Origin: a virus | Direction: 5' to 3' (one strand) | Length of the DNA: 64,000 nt | IMG/VR virus record: IMGVR_UViG_3300049489_001303 | Coordinates: 64,001-128,000 of that record | Part shown: one piece after another, positions 37,015-47,513 of the stretch | Layout of the letters: every line of letters starts with the position of its first letter | Position numbering within the stretch: position 1 is the first letter of the stretch | Program-made: the position numbers and the translations under genes | The notes under the pieces: generated by a model | The model's input: the letters and a program-made list of their open reading frames with translations, nothing else | Told to the model about the DNA's origin: nothing | The model's database searches: none

Positions 37015-37200
37015 ATGGGATTAACGTGCGACATGTTCGAGTGCAAAGAAGAGATCGGCCCGGATGGTATTGTGCTGCGCCACAAAGGCGACTCCTTTGT
37101 GATCTGCTCCAGTTGTGTCTCTGAGAGCAAGCAACTGAAGGTCATTCTGAAGAGGGACAAAGATGGTGTGTTTGAGGTTGCGGAGATGGTGGGAAGCTAA
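37015..37200 (+). CDS. small putative Zn-finger protein
   Basis: SD GAGGT; C-x4-C...CSSC. Confidence 0.6.
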   Translation: MGLTCDMFECKEEIGPDGIVLRHKGDSFVICSSCVSESKQLKVILKRDKDGVFEVAEMVGS

Positions 37201-37214
37201 ACCGATAGCCTCAG

Positions 37215-39458
37215 CTATACAATGGGGCTGCCGCTAATGGGATACCAGTAGTCCGAGAGATAAACCCCGTCGCCACGTAAAAATAAACCGCCAGTTTTTT
37301 TGGCCAAGACACATTCACTGGTGGGACCCGATCCACTTTCATTCTGTATCTGAAGCGTATAATCGGCGCTGTTATTTACGATAACTACCAATGTCCCGCT
37401 GGCTCCATCGAGGCGGAGGACGGCATTTCCGAACGTATTAGTCACGACAACAGTGTTAGCGTGTGTACCTTCCAATAACGAATAGCTGCTTGGGGAGCTT
37501 GTGATATCTGTAGTGGCTACACTGCCCACATTCAGTTGCCCCGATAGCCCTATATACTGTGCGTTGATATCCAGCGTGGTAGCTACTTTGGATCCTGAAT
37601 AAACTGCGGGTCTGGTGCGCTGTGTTACACTTATCTCCGCGCCCGTGGCCCAGGCGGAAGAATAGACACCCTTAAACTGTATCCGGCCTAAGACATCTGC
37701 ACTACCTGTATCTGTCACAGCCCCTGTGTCACTCGCGGACTTACACAGAGCTAACGTGGACGTCTCAGCGTTATTTGTAGCATAGGTGGCCAAACGGTTC
37801 TCGAGGGGGCACTGTACGCTGGACAAATCTAAGCCGTACACGGTAGTGGTTGCTGGATCGAAATAAAGGGTCGAAGACGCTGCCACCGAACCCTTGAACA
37901 GGGTTAATTCTTGACCGTCACGCAATGCCGCGTCGGTATTGATTCGAGCATAAAATCCTCGCACTCCCGTTCCCGAGGGCATGTCGCTATTTACTGAAAC
38001 CGTACAATAAGCCCCGGTGATATACGCAGAGGTAAGCCCCGTGGCATCACTGATAGTGGTAGTGCTTCGGAAAGCGTGATTCGTATAGTGCGTAGCATCC
38101 GAGGGTATATCTACAGTGCCTACGATGTTGAGGCCATTTACGGCATTATTAGCGTAAAGTGTTGTGCCATAAAGAGACGCTTGCCATCCCCCTGTAAAGT
38201 TTGTAACAGCACTGTGTGTCCAAACCCCCGTAACAGTCTCCGCCGCGTTCAAGCTGCCTTTGTTGTTGATCTTGCTGCAGATAGCTTGTATCTGGGCCAC
38301 CAAGGGGTTAGCACTCAGACTGATCGGGTCCGCTGTAATAAAGGGCCCTGTGGGGTTGTAGGCTGCCTGTTGAGTAACATCAGCATACCCATTAATTCTC
38401 CTCACCGTCGAATCGGACTCTCCGAAATAAACCGGATTAGCCACCGTCACAGTATCCGTAACGATGGTGCCGTCCAACCAGTAGAGTGCTGTGCCGATCC
38501 GCTTTACCAGGGGGATGGCGAGGGGGATGAGTTCAGGCTCATCATTGGTGTAGAACAAGTAGCCCTTGCCCGCCGTACCAACGGAACAGTAGTTGGGGCG
38601 GCAAAGCCTGCGATCTTCCAACGTGTCAAAAGCTATACCGATGGTATCGCCATCGCGAGTGGCGTCGAACTCATTGCCGCTCATCTCTACAAACGCCTTA
38701 AGAGTAGAGGCAAGCAGGAAATGCATTTCCCTCTCCGCAGTGCCCCCAAACGCGTAATCTTCATCACCCCCAGTGGGAAGGGTGATATCAGGATTTGTAC
38801 CTACGGATGGTACAAAGGATAGCCCGGCGTCACCCAACGTTGTGCATAACGCGATAGCTGCTACCAAGTCATCAAATGTCACCGTAGTAGCCGGCTTCAA
38901 AGAAATAGTGGTGACATGCGGCGCATAACCAGAAGTAGTAACAAGACACTTTTCCGACTGTCCAGGTGTTTCTACCCAAAGGATTCGCGTACGATTAGCT
39001 GACGTGGTAAGGGCTGTAGTGGCGGTGCCCGCATGCCTCGTCGTACGGAATGTCGCCGTGGCCAGTGTGGGGCCCGTTCCAAAAGTATACACCTTACTCT
39101 CTACTTTGTCCGCAGGGGGCGTATTCAAAGGCTGTATTACAATATTAGACCCAACCTCCAGTAATCCCAGCGTCGGATTCCAAAGACTGACCGTGGGGAG
39201 GGTCGCAGCGCTGGCGCCAGCGGCCGTACCACCCCCAATAATCCACTTCATATCCGCGTCGGCGCGGTACAGACCATTCTCGACGAGATCCCGAAGGATC
39301 TGCACGCGGTTCTGGAGATTGACGCCGGGGCGTTTAAGAACTACAGACCTTACAGGTTCTCCGGGGTTACTCGGGAGGATGGCGGCATCGTCGTTCTCCC
39401 CAGTATCTCCACCAACAAGAAGTCCACCAGTAAAATCCACCAACTGTTTCTCGGTCAT
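37215..39458 (-). CDS. putative tail fibre/baseplate-associated protein
   Basis: 747 aa, T/G/S-rich, beta-rich composition; follows the baseplate genes. Confidence 0.55.
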   Translation of the reverse strand: MTEKQLVDFTGGLLVGGDTGENDDAAILPSNPGEPVRSVVLKRPGVNLQNRVQILRDLVENGLYRADADMKWIIGGGTAAGASAATLPTVSLWNPTLGLLEVGSNIVIQPLNTPPADKVESKVYTFGTGPTLATATFRTTRHAGTATTALTTSANRTRILWVETPGQSEKCLVTTSGYAPHVTTISLKPATTVTFDDLVAAIALCTTLGDAGLSFVPSVGTNPDITLPTGGDEDYAFGGTAEREMHFLLASTLKAFVEMSGNEFDATRDGDTIGIAFDTLEDRRLCRPNYCSVGTAGKGYLFYTNDEPELIPLAIPLVKRIGTALYWLDGTIVTDTVTVANPVYFGESDSTVRRINGYADVTQQAAYNPTGPFITADPISLSANPLVAQIQAICSKINNKGSLNAAETVTGVWTHSAVTNFTGGWQASLYGTTLYANNAVNGLNIVGTVDIPSDATHYTNHAFRSTTTISDATGLTSAYITGAYCTVSVNSDMPSGTGVRGFYARINTDAALRDGQELTLFKGSVAASSTLYFDPATTTVYGLDLSSVQCPLENRLATYATNNAETSTLALCKSASDTGAVTDTGSADVLGRIQFKGVYSSAWATGAEISVTQRTRPAVYSGSKVATTLDINAQYIGLSGQLNVGSVATTDITSSPSSYSLLEGTHANTVVVTNTFGNAVLRLDGASGTLVVIVNNSADYTLQIQNESGSGPTSECVLAKKTGGLFLRGDGVYLSDYWYPISGSPIV

Positions 39459-39466
39459 ATCGGCTC

Positions 39467-39970
39467 CTAAGACTGCAGCGCCATGCCCAGCTGCCAGTTA
39501 TACGTTACGCTCATATCCGCCCCGATAATTATGTCTGTATGGATCTGACGGGCGTACAGCGCAGAATCATCTGCCGTCACCAGCCCCGCCTCACACAGTA
39601 CAGTCCCGTCGGGTAAGTCACCAGCCTCGATCGTGGCTGTGACGTTGATTGTGAAGCTGGAGTTTTCCACCTCTACAGTGGTTCCGTAATTGAGAGCAGG
39701 GGATTCCCACACAGGGACACCCCACCCGCTTATTGTGTCATTGGGGGTGGGTCGTAAGGGGCTGGAGCCAGCAATCAGCTTGCCCAGACGCTTTTCAGCA
39801 AAAACAATCGCCGGATCCGGTGCAAACAGGTGCAGCAGATTCAAGCGACCTTCATTGGTGATCTGGTTCTTTTTGGTTACCGAAAAAACCTTGACCGGGC
39901 TACCAGTTGAGTGGTCGTGCACCGTCAGGCTGAAGTTTCCAAAAAGGGTTATTCCGTCTTTTGCGTTCAT
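39467..39970 (-). CDS. putative baseplate/tail-fibre attachment protein
   Basis: KNQITNEG...LCEAGL...LYAR pattern typical of tail-collar fibre N-terminal domains. Confidence 0.6.
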   Translation of the reverse strand: MNAKDGITLFGNFSLTVHDHSTGSPVKVFSVTKKNQITNEGRLNLLHLFAPDPAIVFAEKRLGKLIAGSSPLRPTPNDTISGWGVPVWESPALNYGTTVEVENSSFTINVTATIEAGDLPDGTVLCEAGLVTADDSALYARQIHTDIIIGADMSVTYNWQLGMALQS

Positions 39971-42954
39971 GATGGCTCTTCTCCAACAAAGGTAATTATA
40001 TACAATGGGCGGTCAATGCACTCAGTTCTTAATGCAGCGAGCTGCGTCTGATAGTCAGTATCATCTGGATTCAGTGCCCCGGCCCTGTAATACCAGGGGT
40101 TATCCCCGTCTATGGTGAGGGGATTCCAAACGTTCAAGCCTGGATTCGAGAAGTCGTATGTCCCCAAACCATCGTCATTTACACGCTCAACATACCAATA
40201 ACTGATGTCCAAGTCTACTGAAAGGGCATCCCAGTCCCTCAGTATCGTGATCTTGCCATACCCTACAGCTGTGGTGTCCAGCCCTACCGTATAGTCCAAG
40301 CCTTCGCGCACTGGAAGACCGCCACGAGTAGCTGGAACCAGGACATTCACAATTCCCGCGAAGGTCCCGTGATCCTCATCATAAGGGAGCGTCATTGTAA
40401 AGACGCTATCCTCAGTTACATCTTCCCCGACGTGAATTGTCAGGGTGGCTGGAAGACTGGTACTATCCACTTTGAAATAGTCATCCAGACAGAACTCAGC
40501 AGGGTCGTCCAACTTGAGGGCATTGTCGGCGACCATCAGATCACTCTGGTGCCCGCCGGTAGCCCCTATGAGATTGACCCCGACAACCAGCTCTAACTTC
40601 TCCTCAGTGAGTTCCAGCGTGTCCACGTAAATGTCGCTGGTGCCCACCATCGGGTAAGTGTAAGAGGGCTTGGCTATCAGGATCAGGCTGTGGAGATCCT
40701 GCTGGAACTGCGGTAGCAACGGCACGTCCGCAGCGATGGACACTTTGAACGTGTGCATCTTTAGGTATTTATCGAACAGGACGTAGGCTGCGCTGTGCCG
40801 GAGCACCGGCTGGTTTGCCGGGAGAATCTGCTCGGTTTCGCTGGCATCCAGGTACAACCCGGGGTCATCTATCTTGGCTGTGTCTTCAGGGTCCAGGACG
40901 TGTTGCACAAGGGATGTCACGGCGCGGCGACGCACGGCGGAGTCAATGTTCCACAGCTCCTTGGGGATGATAGCATTGTGCCACCAGAGGGGGTCCTCCA
41001 CGTAGTCTACAACGCTGAACACGGTGGTCAACTTGTCAAATGCGTTGAGCACCAGAACGTTTCGGCTGGCAATATTGGAGATGTCGGCTCTTACCGGGAT
41101 CCCGAAGGGCAACGTATACACCTGGGCCGAGGTGGTGATCACCTGTTTATCTTCCCGGGTGAGCACCCAGTCCAGACCCAGTTCGCTCAACAGACCGTAC
41201 TTGGTGGACACTGTGGCACGGTTGTTCACCGTGTCGATGCCCGTGATCTGGAACTTGCCTATATTGCAGGTGTTTAGTGCCCCCGAAAGAACAATATAGC
41301 CACCATAGTCCTCCTCGGTGAGAAGATAGCTGCCTAGCCCTATTGGCAGAGCCACACTGTCGATACTGGCAATGGTAGCCGCGTTGGTACCCTGCGCGGT
41401 AACACCAGAGTCGTAACCCCGCAGTGTCTCCCCGTCAGAACGCACCACAGAATACCCCGCAGCGACGTTCAGTGCCGCCTCCATGCGTTGCAGCACAGGT
41501 CCGGAGGTATACAGGGCCATGATACCGCGGATATACTCCCTGTAGGTCTCCGACGAAGCAGCGAAGCGGTTAATCAGGCTGCCGTAGTTGTAGTACAGTG
41601 TAAACCTGTCTACCGACACCTCCGGCGCCCACAGAGACAGCTGGGTAACTTCCCCAGTGGTGAATGCTTCCACTGACAGGCCGGCCGAGTAGAAAACCTC
41701 TTCACGGTAGCGGTAGCTGCAGCGCCCGTTCGAATATATGTACCAGGGGGTTACCTGCGTGATAGTACCGCGCATGTAGTCTATAGTGTAGTCCGTACCC
41801 TCTACCACGGCATCCTTGCTCAGGTTCTTGGCGTAGATCGATACACTCCCCAGAATCAGGTGTTTGTTGGGGAGACTAAAGGTCCTCGGAACGTCTATGA
41901 AATCTGTGGCGAAAGCTAAGCTGTAGCCCTCCACCAGATTATTGGGGACTTCCCGGATAACCGCATAAACCCAGCTGTTGTCTTGTACCACATAAGGGAA
42001 CGGATTACTCTCCGGCCCCATGAGATAGCGTCCACGTTGGTATTCGATCTCGCAATCAATGGGGAGCTTGGGGTAAACCCCCTGATAGACCCTCCACGTA
42101 ACAATCCCTGTGCTGGTGGTCGGCAGGCTGATGGGGATAGCGGCGCCATCCAAGGTCAGGATATTGGGTACGGCGTTCTCAACAACGTAGTACCCCCGGT
42201 ACTCCACATCATTGCCAGACACAACACTGGTGATCTCCAGCATATCGCCGACCTGACAACGGGCCATATCTGCAGTCAGATCCGTCAGGGTATAGTCCCC
42301 GGTAGGCCCCGCCACCTGAGCCATCAGGCCAGCGCTGCCCGACGCTACTACGGTGGTTCCCCGCTGCCCCATGAAGCGCAGTGTGTCCCCGCGTCTGATG
42401 CCCTCGTTGTACCAGTCCCATGACGTAGGGAGATAGGCCATGCGGCTGTCAGAAACCCGGTTACCCACTGTCTTCTGGATCTTTCTCCAGGCCACACCCC
42501 GTTGGGGCTCATAGTTGCCACCAACAGACAAGGAGCGGCGGAAAGGATCCTCAACGAATCGGACGATACCATCATCCGGATTCATGAAGAACTCCACATT
42601 CTTGTCCATGACTATCTGCGGATCAAAGATGGTGTTCTGCAGTGTGTTGACGTTCATCACCGCGCCGGGGGGATCATAGATGTAGCGGTCTTCTGACCCA
42701 TCCTCGCCCTTGGCGTAGTTGATTTCAGTCTCGTCGATCAGCCATAGCTTCCACAACTCACGGTTGAACACCGGAGTGTCAACGACACCCGTAGCCAACA
42801 CGTTGGACATCAGGTCCAGATACACCTGGCTGAGGTAGGTCTCGGAGGCCTGATAGAAAGCCTCCAGGTCTTCTGTATCACGGAAAAAGCGTTGCCAGAA
42901 ACCTGACAGGCTCTGAAACAGAACAGAAGAAGTGTCACCGGTAAACGTACCCAT
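39967..42954 (-). CDS. putative baseplate wedge protein
   Basis: Directly follows the baseplate J-like gene; ETYREYIRGIMALYTSGP and ILIAKPSYT. Confidence 0.6.
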   Translation of the reverse strand: MGTFTGDTSSVLFQSLSGFWQRFFRDTEDLEAFYQASETYLSQVYLDLMSNVLATGVVDTPVFNRELWKLWLIDETEINYAKGEDGSEDRYIYDPPGAVMNVNTLQNTIFDPQIVMDKNVEFFMNPDDGIVRFVEDPFRRSLSVGGNYEPQRGVAWRKIQKTVGNRVSDSRMAYLPTSWDWYNEGIRRGDTLRFMGQRGTTVVASGSAGLMAQVAGPTGDYTLTDLTADMARCQVGDMLEITSVVSGNDVEYRGYYVVENAVPNILTLDGAAIPISLPTTSTGIVTWRVYQGVYPKLPIDCEIEYQRGRYLMGPESNPFPYVVQDNSWVYAVIREVPNNLVEGYSLAFATDFIDVPRTFSLPNKHLILGSVSIYAKNLSKDAVVEGTDYTIDYMRGTITQVTPWYIYSNGRCSYRYREEVFYSAGLSVEAFTTGEVTQLSLWAPEVSVDRFTLYYNYGSLINRFAASSETYREYIRGIMALYTSGPVLQRMEAALNVAAGYSVVRSDGETLRGYDSGVTAQGTNAATIASIDSVALPIGLGSYLLTEEDYGGYIVLSGALNTCNIGKFQITGIDTVNNRATVSTKYGLLSELGLDWVLTREDKQVITTSAQVYTLPFGIPVRADISNIASRNVLVLNAFDKLTTVFSVVDYVEDPLWWHNAIIPKELWNIDSAVRRRAVTSLVQHVLDPEDTAKIDDPGLYLDASETEQILPANQPVLRHSAAYVLFDKYLKMHTFKVSIAADVPLLPQFQQDLHSLILIAKPSYTYPMVGTSDIYVDTLELTEEKLELVVGVNLIGATGGHQSDLMVADNALKLDDPAEFCLDDYFKVDSTSLPATLTIHVGEDVTEDSVFTMTLPYDEDHGTFAGIVNVLVPATRGGLPVREGLDYTVGLDTTAVGYGKITILRDWDALSVDLDISYWYVERVNDDGLGTYDFSNPGLNVWNPLTIDGDNPWYYRAGALNPDDTDYQTQLAALRTECIDRPLYIITFVGEEPS

Positions 42955-42961
42955 CTGGATT

Positions 42962-45073
42962 CTAATACCTCAGCACGAACGTAATAAGGTCTGCTCGTGT
43001 TTTGTAGGATGTCGTCCTGTCTGTGATACCCATCCAATTGTACCACGTATTCAACTCCGCGACAGTGTCAATGTTACCGCTGAGTATCTTGCCATTGGCC
43101 AGGAGCTCTGCGGGGGTTACGAGGTCCGAACCATTTGAAAGCGTGACGCCATTGCTCTGGTCCTCCACGGGGAAGATCGACACGATGTCCGTGCTTTCAA
43201 ACATTGCCTGCTGCCCATCCGGGGCGTTCAGGGTGAAGCGTAATGTGACGGGATACATCGTTGAAATCTGAGCATAAGTGCTGCGCAGGAACGTCGTGAT
43301 GTCCGACGAATCCAGCATCAGGTTGTCATTGAAGGCGTTAATGTAGTCTGTCAGCCCGACAGCCGCGGTATCCGTATCGAGGGTGGTGCCCTCCTGCAGC
43401 TTGTAGTCAACCTGGAAGTTTATCCACACAGGATGGCGTGAGCGCACCAGATGATTAGCAACAGCTGTTCGGCGGCTGCGACTGACAACATAGCTATGAA
43501 TGGGAGCAAAGCCCTGAAGACTCTCATAGGTCACCTGCAGTTTCTTACCGTCGAAGGCTGCAACCTGGGTTCCCAGATTGAGTAAATTGATTGCCGCCAG
43601 AGACTGTGCCTTCTCGGGATTGGTCACCTGAAGCTGATATTGGGTGTCCGAAGGAACTGTTGTGGTCGTGTTTACAGGCGTGCCATTGACCCTCGTGACA
43701 AACACAATTTTGCCTGTAATAGGATCCGCCATGGTGCTGCCAGCCGGCGCATCCAGCATCTCAACCCAGGTTACGTCCAGAATCGGACCCGTCAGTGCTA
43801 CCTTACCGGGCTGATGCGTCAGATTGGATGTCCCATAAGGCACTTCCGGATAGTCTACATGCGCCGCGGCGATCCTGGTAACTGTCGGAGGGTCCCCGGG
43901 TGTGAAATTGATATTCTCATAATCGGGAGGCAAATAACCGATGGAATATGTAATAGTCTGGGTAGTATCTGACACCACCGGAAACGGGTTGCTATCGCTG
44001 ACGGTCAACTCATGGGCTGACACACTGGTGATCAGGTACTCCTGGGGACTGTTAACCAATCCGGACTTTACCTTGAGAACATAGCCAACCTTCACGCCGA
44101 GGGTGACATAATCATAGCCAGTCTCATATGTCAGCCCCGGATCCCTGAAGGTATTGATAAGGCCATCAGCGCGTGGGAAGTAGCCCCCCACCGTGCACAT
44201 TTCGGTGACGCTGGTACGGGGAAGGGTCACGTAGGTATCATAGCAACCACCCACATGCAGCAACATATGCGCCCCGAGCTCCTTGGGCACATCACGGACC
44301 ATCTCTGGTTCACCCATACCCACCGTCATCGTCTCCTCGATAAGGGGGAACTCGTTCTGCAGAGTCACATCACAGGACCGATTATTCACCAAGTTCCGGA
44401 CAGAAATGACCGTATCGGCCCTCTGTAGCAGCTGATCAGTGCTCTCGACATCGTTGCCACCTTCAGAAGAGACCACTGTCTCGGCATATATGAGGTCCGA
44501 CAGGCCTATGGGGGCCACTACTCGCATAAAGCGGCCCGGCTCAGTCTTGTAGCTGGCCCCGGGGGCGCTTGCTCTCAGGGGAATGTCGGCGACATACTCA
44601 ACCAGCTGCCCCTTCGTGTCATACACGGGAAACTGGGCGTCTTCAGAGATCGCGAAGTCCGTACCATCCGTGTTCAGCACGAACTTCTGAGCCGCTGTCT
44701 TAAAGAACTCGGAACGTACAGATATGGTACGGGGTATCCGGCGCTGCAGATGCACACGAGCACTAACCGTGACGTAGGTGCCGCCTTTACGTGTCACGAA
44801 CCAGTTCGACAGGATCTCGTTGACGGACTGCTTGATGTCCTCCTCATCAGTGAGTTCTTCCTGAATACGCAACAGGGACTGGCGTGCAGATACGCGATCT
44901 ACCTCTCCGCGGAGGAAAGCGTACATCGTGGCGAAGCCGGTAACCATGAGGTCCCTGATGGCACTGCCGGCTTCATAGTTACCCTCAGGAACTTTCTCTT
45001 TCAGAAAGCCCACCAGGAAGGCTTCGGCGTCCCTCAGATCTGTTTGACTGATAGTTGTTTTGTAGCCGTCCAT
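42962..45073 (-). CDS. baseplate J/gp6-like wedge protein
   Basis: GSAIRDLMV, IPLRASAPGASY and GGNDVESTDQLLQRA. Confidence 0.75.
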   Translation of the reverse strand: MDGYKTTISQTDLRDAEAFLVGFLKEKVPEGNYEAGSAIRDLMVTGFATMYAFLRGEVDRVSARQSLLRIQEELTDEEDIKQSVNEILSNWFVTRKGGTYVTVSARVHLQRRIPRTISVRSEFFKTAAQKFVLNTDGTDFAISEDAQFPVYDTKGQLVEYVADIPLRASAPGASYKTEPGRFMRVVAPIGLSDLIYAETVVSSEGGNDVESTDQLLQRADTVISVRNLVNNRSCDVTLQNEFPLIEETMTVGMGEPEMVRDVPKELGAHMLLHVGGCYDTYVTLPRTSVTEMCTVGGYFPRADGLINTFRDPGLTYETGYDYVTLGVKVGYVLKVKSGLVNSPQEYLITSVSAHELTVSDSNPFPVVSDTTQTITYSIGYLPPDYENINFTPGDPPTVTRIAAAHVDYPEVPYGTSNLTHQPGKVALTGPILDVTWVEMLDAPAGSTMADPITGKIVFVTRVNGTPVNTTTTVPSDTQYQLQVTNPEKAQSLAAINLLNLGTQVAAFDGKKLQVTYESLQGFAPIHSYVVSRSRRTAVANHLVRSRHPVWINFQVDYKLQEGTTLDTDTAAVGLTDYINAFNDNLMLDSSDITTFLRSTYAQISTMYPVTLRFTLNAPDGQQAMFESTDIVSIFPVEDQSNGVTLSNGSDLVTPAELLANGKILSGNIDTVAELNTWYNWMGITDRTTSYKTRADLITFVLRY

Positions 45074-45074
45074 T

Positions 45075-45524
45075 TTAGTATTTGGATACCCCTATAGTCG
45101 CTACCGCGGTCTCCGCAGACTCACCGGCTTTGTTTTTCAACCTGATCCACACCTCAAACCCGGTGTCCTTGGGTTCATAACCGATAACCTCGGCACTCAT
45201 CAACTGCTCCGTATCGTCAAAGCCACCATCAATATCCTGCCGACGAACCTGCGCCGCGGCGTCTGCTACTGACATTTCCACCGTGTCTGACACAAGGGAA
45301 TTCCCCCTGGAAATGTTGGAGCCTATCAACCCTCCGAAAACCGTACCGTAATCTTTGTTGAGGATATCACTACCCACCGGAGTCATCAAGGTTTTAGCGA
45401 ATCTATTGATAAGAGCTTGCAACCCTGTCATTTTCAGTGGGGCTGCGTAGGCAAACTCGAAACAGCGAAAGCCGTGCAGATCATCTGCCGAAACGCCCTG
45501 GAAATGTATGTCGTACCTTGGCAT
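45075..45524 (-). CDS. gp25/GpW-like baseplate wedge subunit
   Basis: GLQALINRFAKTLMTPVGSDILNKDYGT; 149 aa, upstream of the J-like gene. Confidence 0.75.
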   Translation of the reverse strand: MPRYDIHFQGVSADDLHGFRCFEFAYAAPLKMTGLQALINRFAKTLMTPVGSDILNKDYGTVFGGLIGSNISRGNSLVSDTVEMSVADAAAQVRRQDIDGGFDDTEQLMSAEVIGYEPKDTGFEVWIRLKNKAGESAETAVATIGVSKY

Positions 45525-45531
45525 CTTCGCT

Positions 45532-46785
45532 CTACACCACTACTACCCCCACAGAGGTGTTCTCTGTGGTTGATGGCAAGCCCGTCGGCTCTGCGTTAAG
45601 CGCTGCTCTTTTAGTCTGAGACCGCGCCGCTTTCTCTTCATAAACGATCGCACGTTTCTGTGCGCTGTTTGCCGCCGCCGTGTTGTAAGCCGACTTGTCC
45701 CTGTTCAATAGTTTCTCAGCACGCTTACGTGCCATCATGTCGATCTGTATCTGCTCAGTGACCTTGCCACCATACGAATCCTCGGGATCCTTACCAAGGA
45801 GCGTGGTGTTGGGGAGGGCCCCGACTCTGTAAGCAGGGATAGACTCAAAGACCATCTCAGCTGTGACGTTTGTATAGCTGTCTACCTGCACAAACAGGTC
45901 TGCCCAGGCTTTCTCAGTATTGAAGGTGTGCTCCGTGCCTATGAGGTTACCCCCGGACAGGGCCCCGGCGTCCACATACCCGGAAATGGCGTTACGTGCA
46001 GACCCGGGAGACAGACAGAGGTTGCGAGCCTTCAATGCCGGATACACCAGCTCCAGCTTCCGAAGAAGGATCGCCAGTGTGCGCAGTTGCTGCTCGCTGT
46101 AGTCAGCGTAGACCACATTTTCAAAAGAGTTCCCCCAGATAGCTTTATTGCCCGAGCTGCGCGGGTTATTGCGCACAAACAGGGCCTCCTCGAGAAGGAT
46201 AGAAAGGCAGGTCTCCTGTACCTCAGCACAGTTCTTGAACGCGATGTTACAGTCTCCCACAACATACAGATCCCCCAGCCGACTCACAAGGAAGTGCGCT
46301 GGTTGGGTGGCTGCCCTGCCCGCGTGCTTCTGAGATTCAGAGGCTATCCGGTAGCCATGAAACAGCGTGATCGGATCAGAGCCACGGGCAATATAAACGG
46401 TGTCAGCTTTGTACTCAACGGCAATAGCACCCTGCCCCGCGGAAGTGGAGTTAAGCCACCCCGTCCCCTTGGTATCGGCGTGCCACCCCTGCCCGAAAGA
46501 CCCGAGAACAACGAAGGAGATCTCCCGGGAAGTGCTGTACGGTATGTACATTGTGCTGCTGATTTCAGCCTGTATCAGCTTACAACTGGGTGGAAAACCC
46601 TCTGCAGAAATAACACTTCGCGGTGTCCCGCTGTATTTGCTGAGCGGCCCGGAGGACACGACGCTGTTATTCACGTACGCCGCGGCGTTGTCATAATGCT
46701 GCCGAGCCACCGCGTTCAGATAGACAGAATAGTCATCTGTCTTATCCCGGGTGTAGGAGCTGCTCTGGCTGCGGGTATCCACCAT
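45532..46785 (-). CDS. baseplate-region protein with degenerate amidase/PGRP-like domain
   Basis: AHFLVSRLGDLY, LSILLE and YSEQQLRTLAILLRKL. Confidence 0.5.
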   Translation of the reverse strand: MVDTRSQSSSYTRDKTDDYSVYLNAVARQHYDNAAAYVNNSVVSSGPLSKYSGTPRSVISAEGFPPSCKLIQAEISSTMYIPYSTSREISFVVLGSFGQGWHADTKGTGWLNSTSAGQGAIAVEYKADTVYIARGSDPITLFHGYRIASESQKHAGRAATQPAHFLVSRLGDLYVVGDCNIAFKNCAEVQETCLSILLEEALFVRNNPRSSGNKAIWGNSFENVVYADYSEQQLRTLAILLRKLELVYPALKARNLCLSPGSARNAISGYVDAGALSGGNLIGTEHTFNTEKAWADLFVQVDSYTNVTAEMVFESIPAYRVGALPNTTLLGKDPEDSYGGKVTEQIQIDMMARKRAEKLLNRDKSAYNTAAANSAQKRAIVYEEKAARSQTKRAALNAEPTGLPSTTENTSVGVVVV

Positions 46786-47513
46786 TAAAAGGTCCTCTTA
46801 TGGGCTTCCAGGAGCCCATCCACCAGCTTGCGCCGCTTATAGCTGAGTTGCCCCTGAGTAAGCTTGTACTTGGCACATAGCTGCGCATTGTTCAGCTCTT
46901 TGGCGCCATCATAGCCCGTGATGTCCTTGAACATCTTTTTATCCTCGGCATCCAGTCCGTGGAAGAACATATCCATGACTGAGGCCCCGCCACTGCTGGG
47001 CATCTGTGCAGACTGGAAATCCATGGTGGCGCCGGCAGATTCAACCAGTTCTCGGACGCCATAGGCCTTGCCGAACTCGATAACTTTTTTGTGCGACCAT
47101 TTGAGGTGGTCGGCCATCTCCTCAGACGTAGGATCCCTGCCCAGATCATCCACCAGCTGGTTCTGCGCCACGCTGTATGTATTGTAAAGAAGCTGCTTAT
47201 TCTCAGGCAAACGTGCTACGTTCTGGTAGGGGTACACAGACCGCGACAGTTTTCTTAACCGTGAGGTAACATGCGTGCCGATGGACGCTCCGCGGTTGGG
47301 ATCGTAGGTCTTGAGGGCTTCAGCCGTAAGCAGGCGAGCTTTGGCTTCCAGCGCTGGCCCGGGGACCGACGACTGCCACTTGCTGACCTCACGATAAATC
47401 AACGGCTGCAGGCGCGTCAGAAGAGCCTCGAGCTTATCAGCCCTTCCGGTCTGCTTCCACTCACGCCAGAGCGTAAGATCCTGGTCTTGTCGTGCACTAA
47501 TGTCCATGATCAC
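46785..47513 (-). CDS. second sigma-70-like factor (alternative-sigma type, regions 2-4)
   Basis: LWREWK, EALKTYDPNRGASIGTH, NVARLPE, LGRDPTSEEMADHL and a C-terminal HTH. Confidence 0.75.
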   Translation of the reverse strand: MIMDISARQDQDLTLWREWKQTGRADKLEALLTRLQPLIYREVSKWQSSVPGPALEAKARLLTAEALKTYDPNRGASIGTHVTSRLRKLSRSVYPYQNVARLPENKQLLYNTYSVAQNQLVDDLGRDPTSEEMADHLKWSHKKVIEFGKAYGVRELVESAGATMDFQSAQMPSSGGASVMDMFFHGLDAEDKKMFKDITGYDGAKELNNAQLCAKYKLTQGQLSYKRRKLVDGLLEAHKRTF

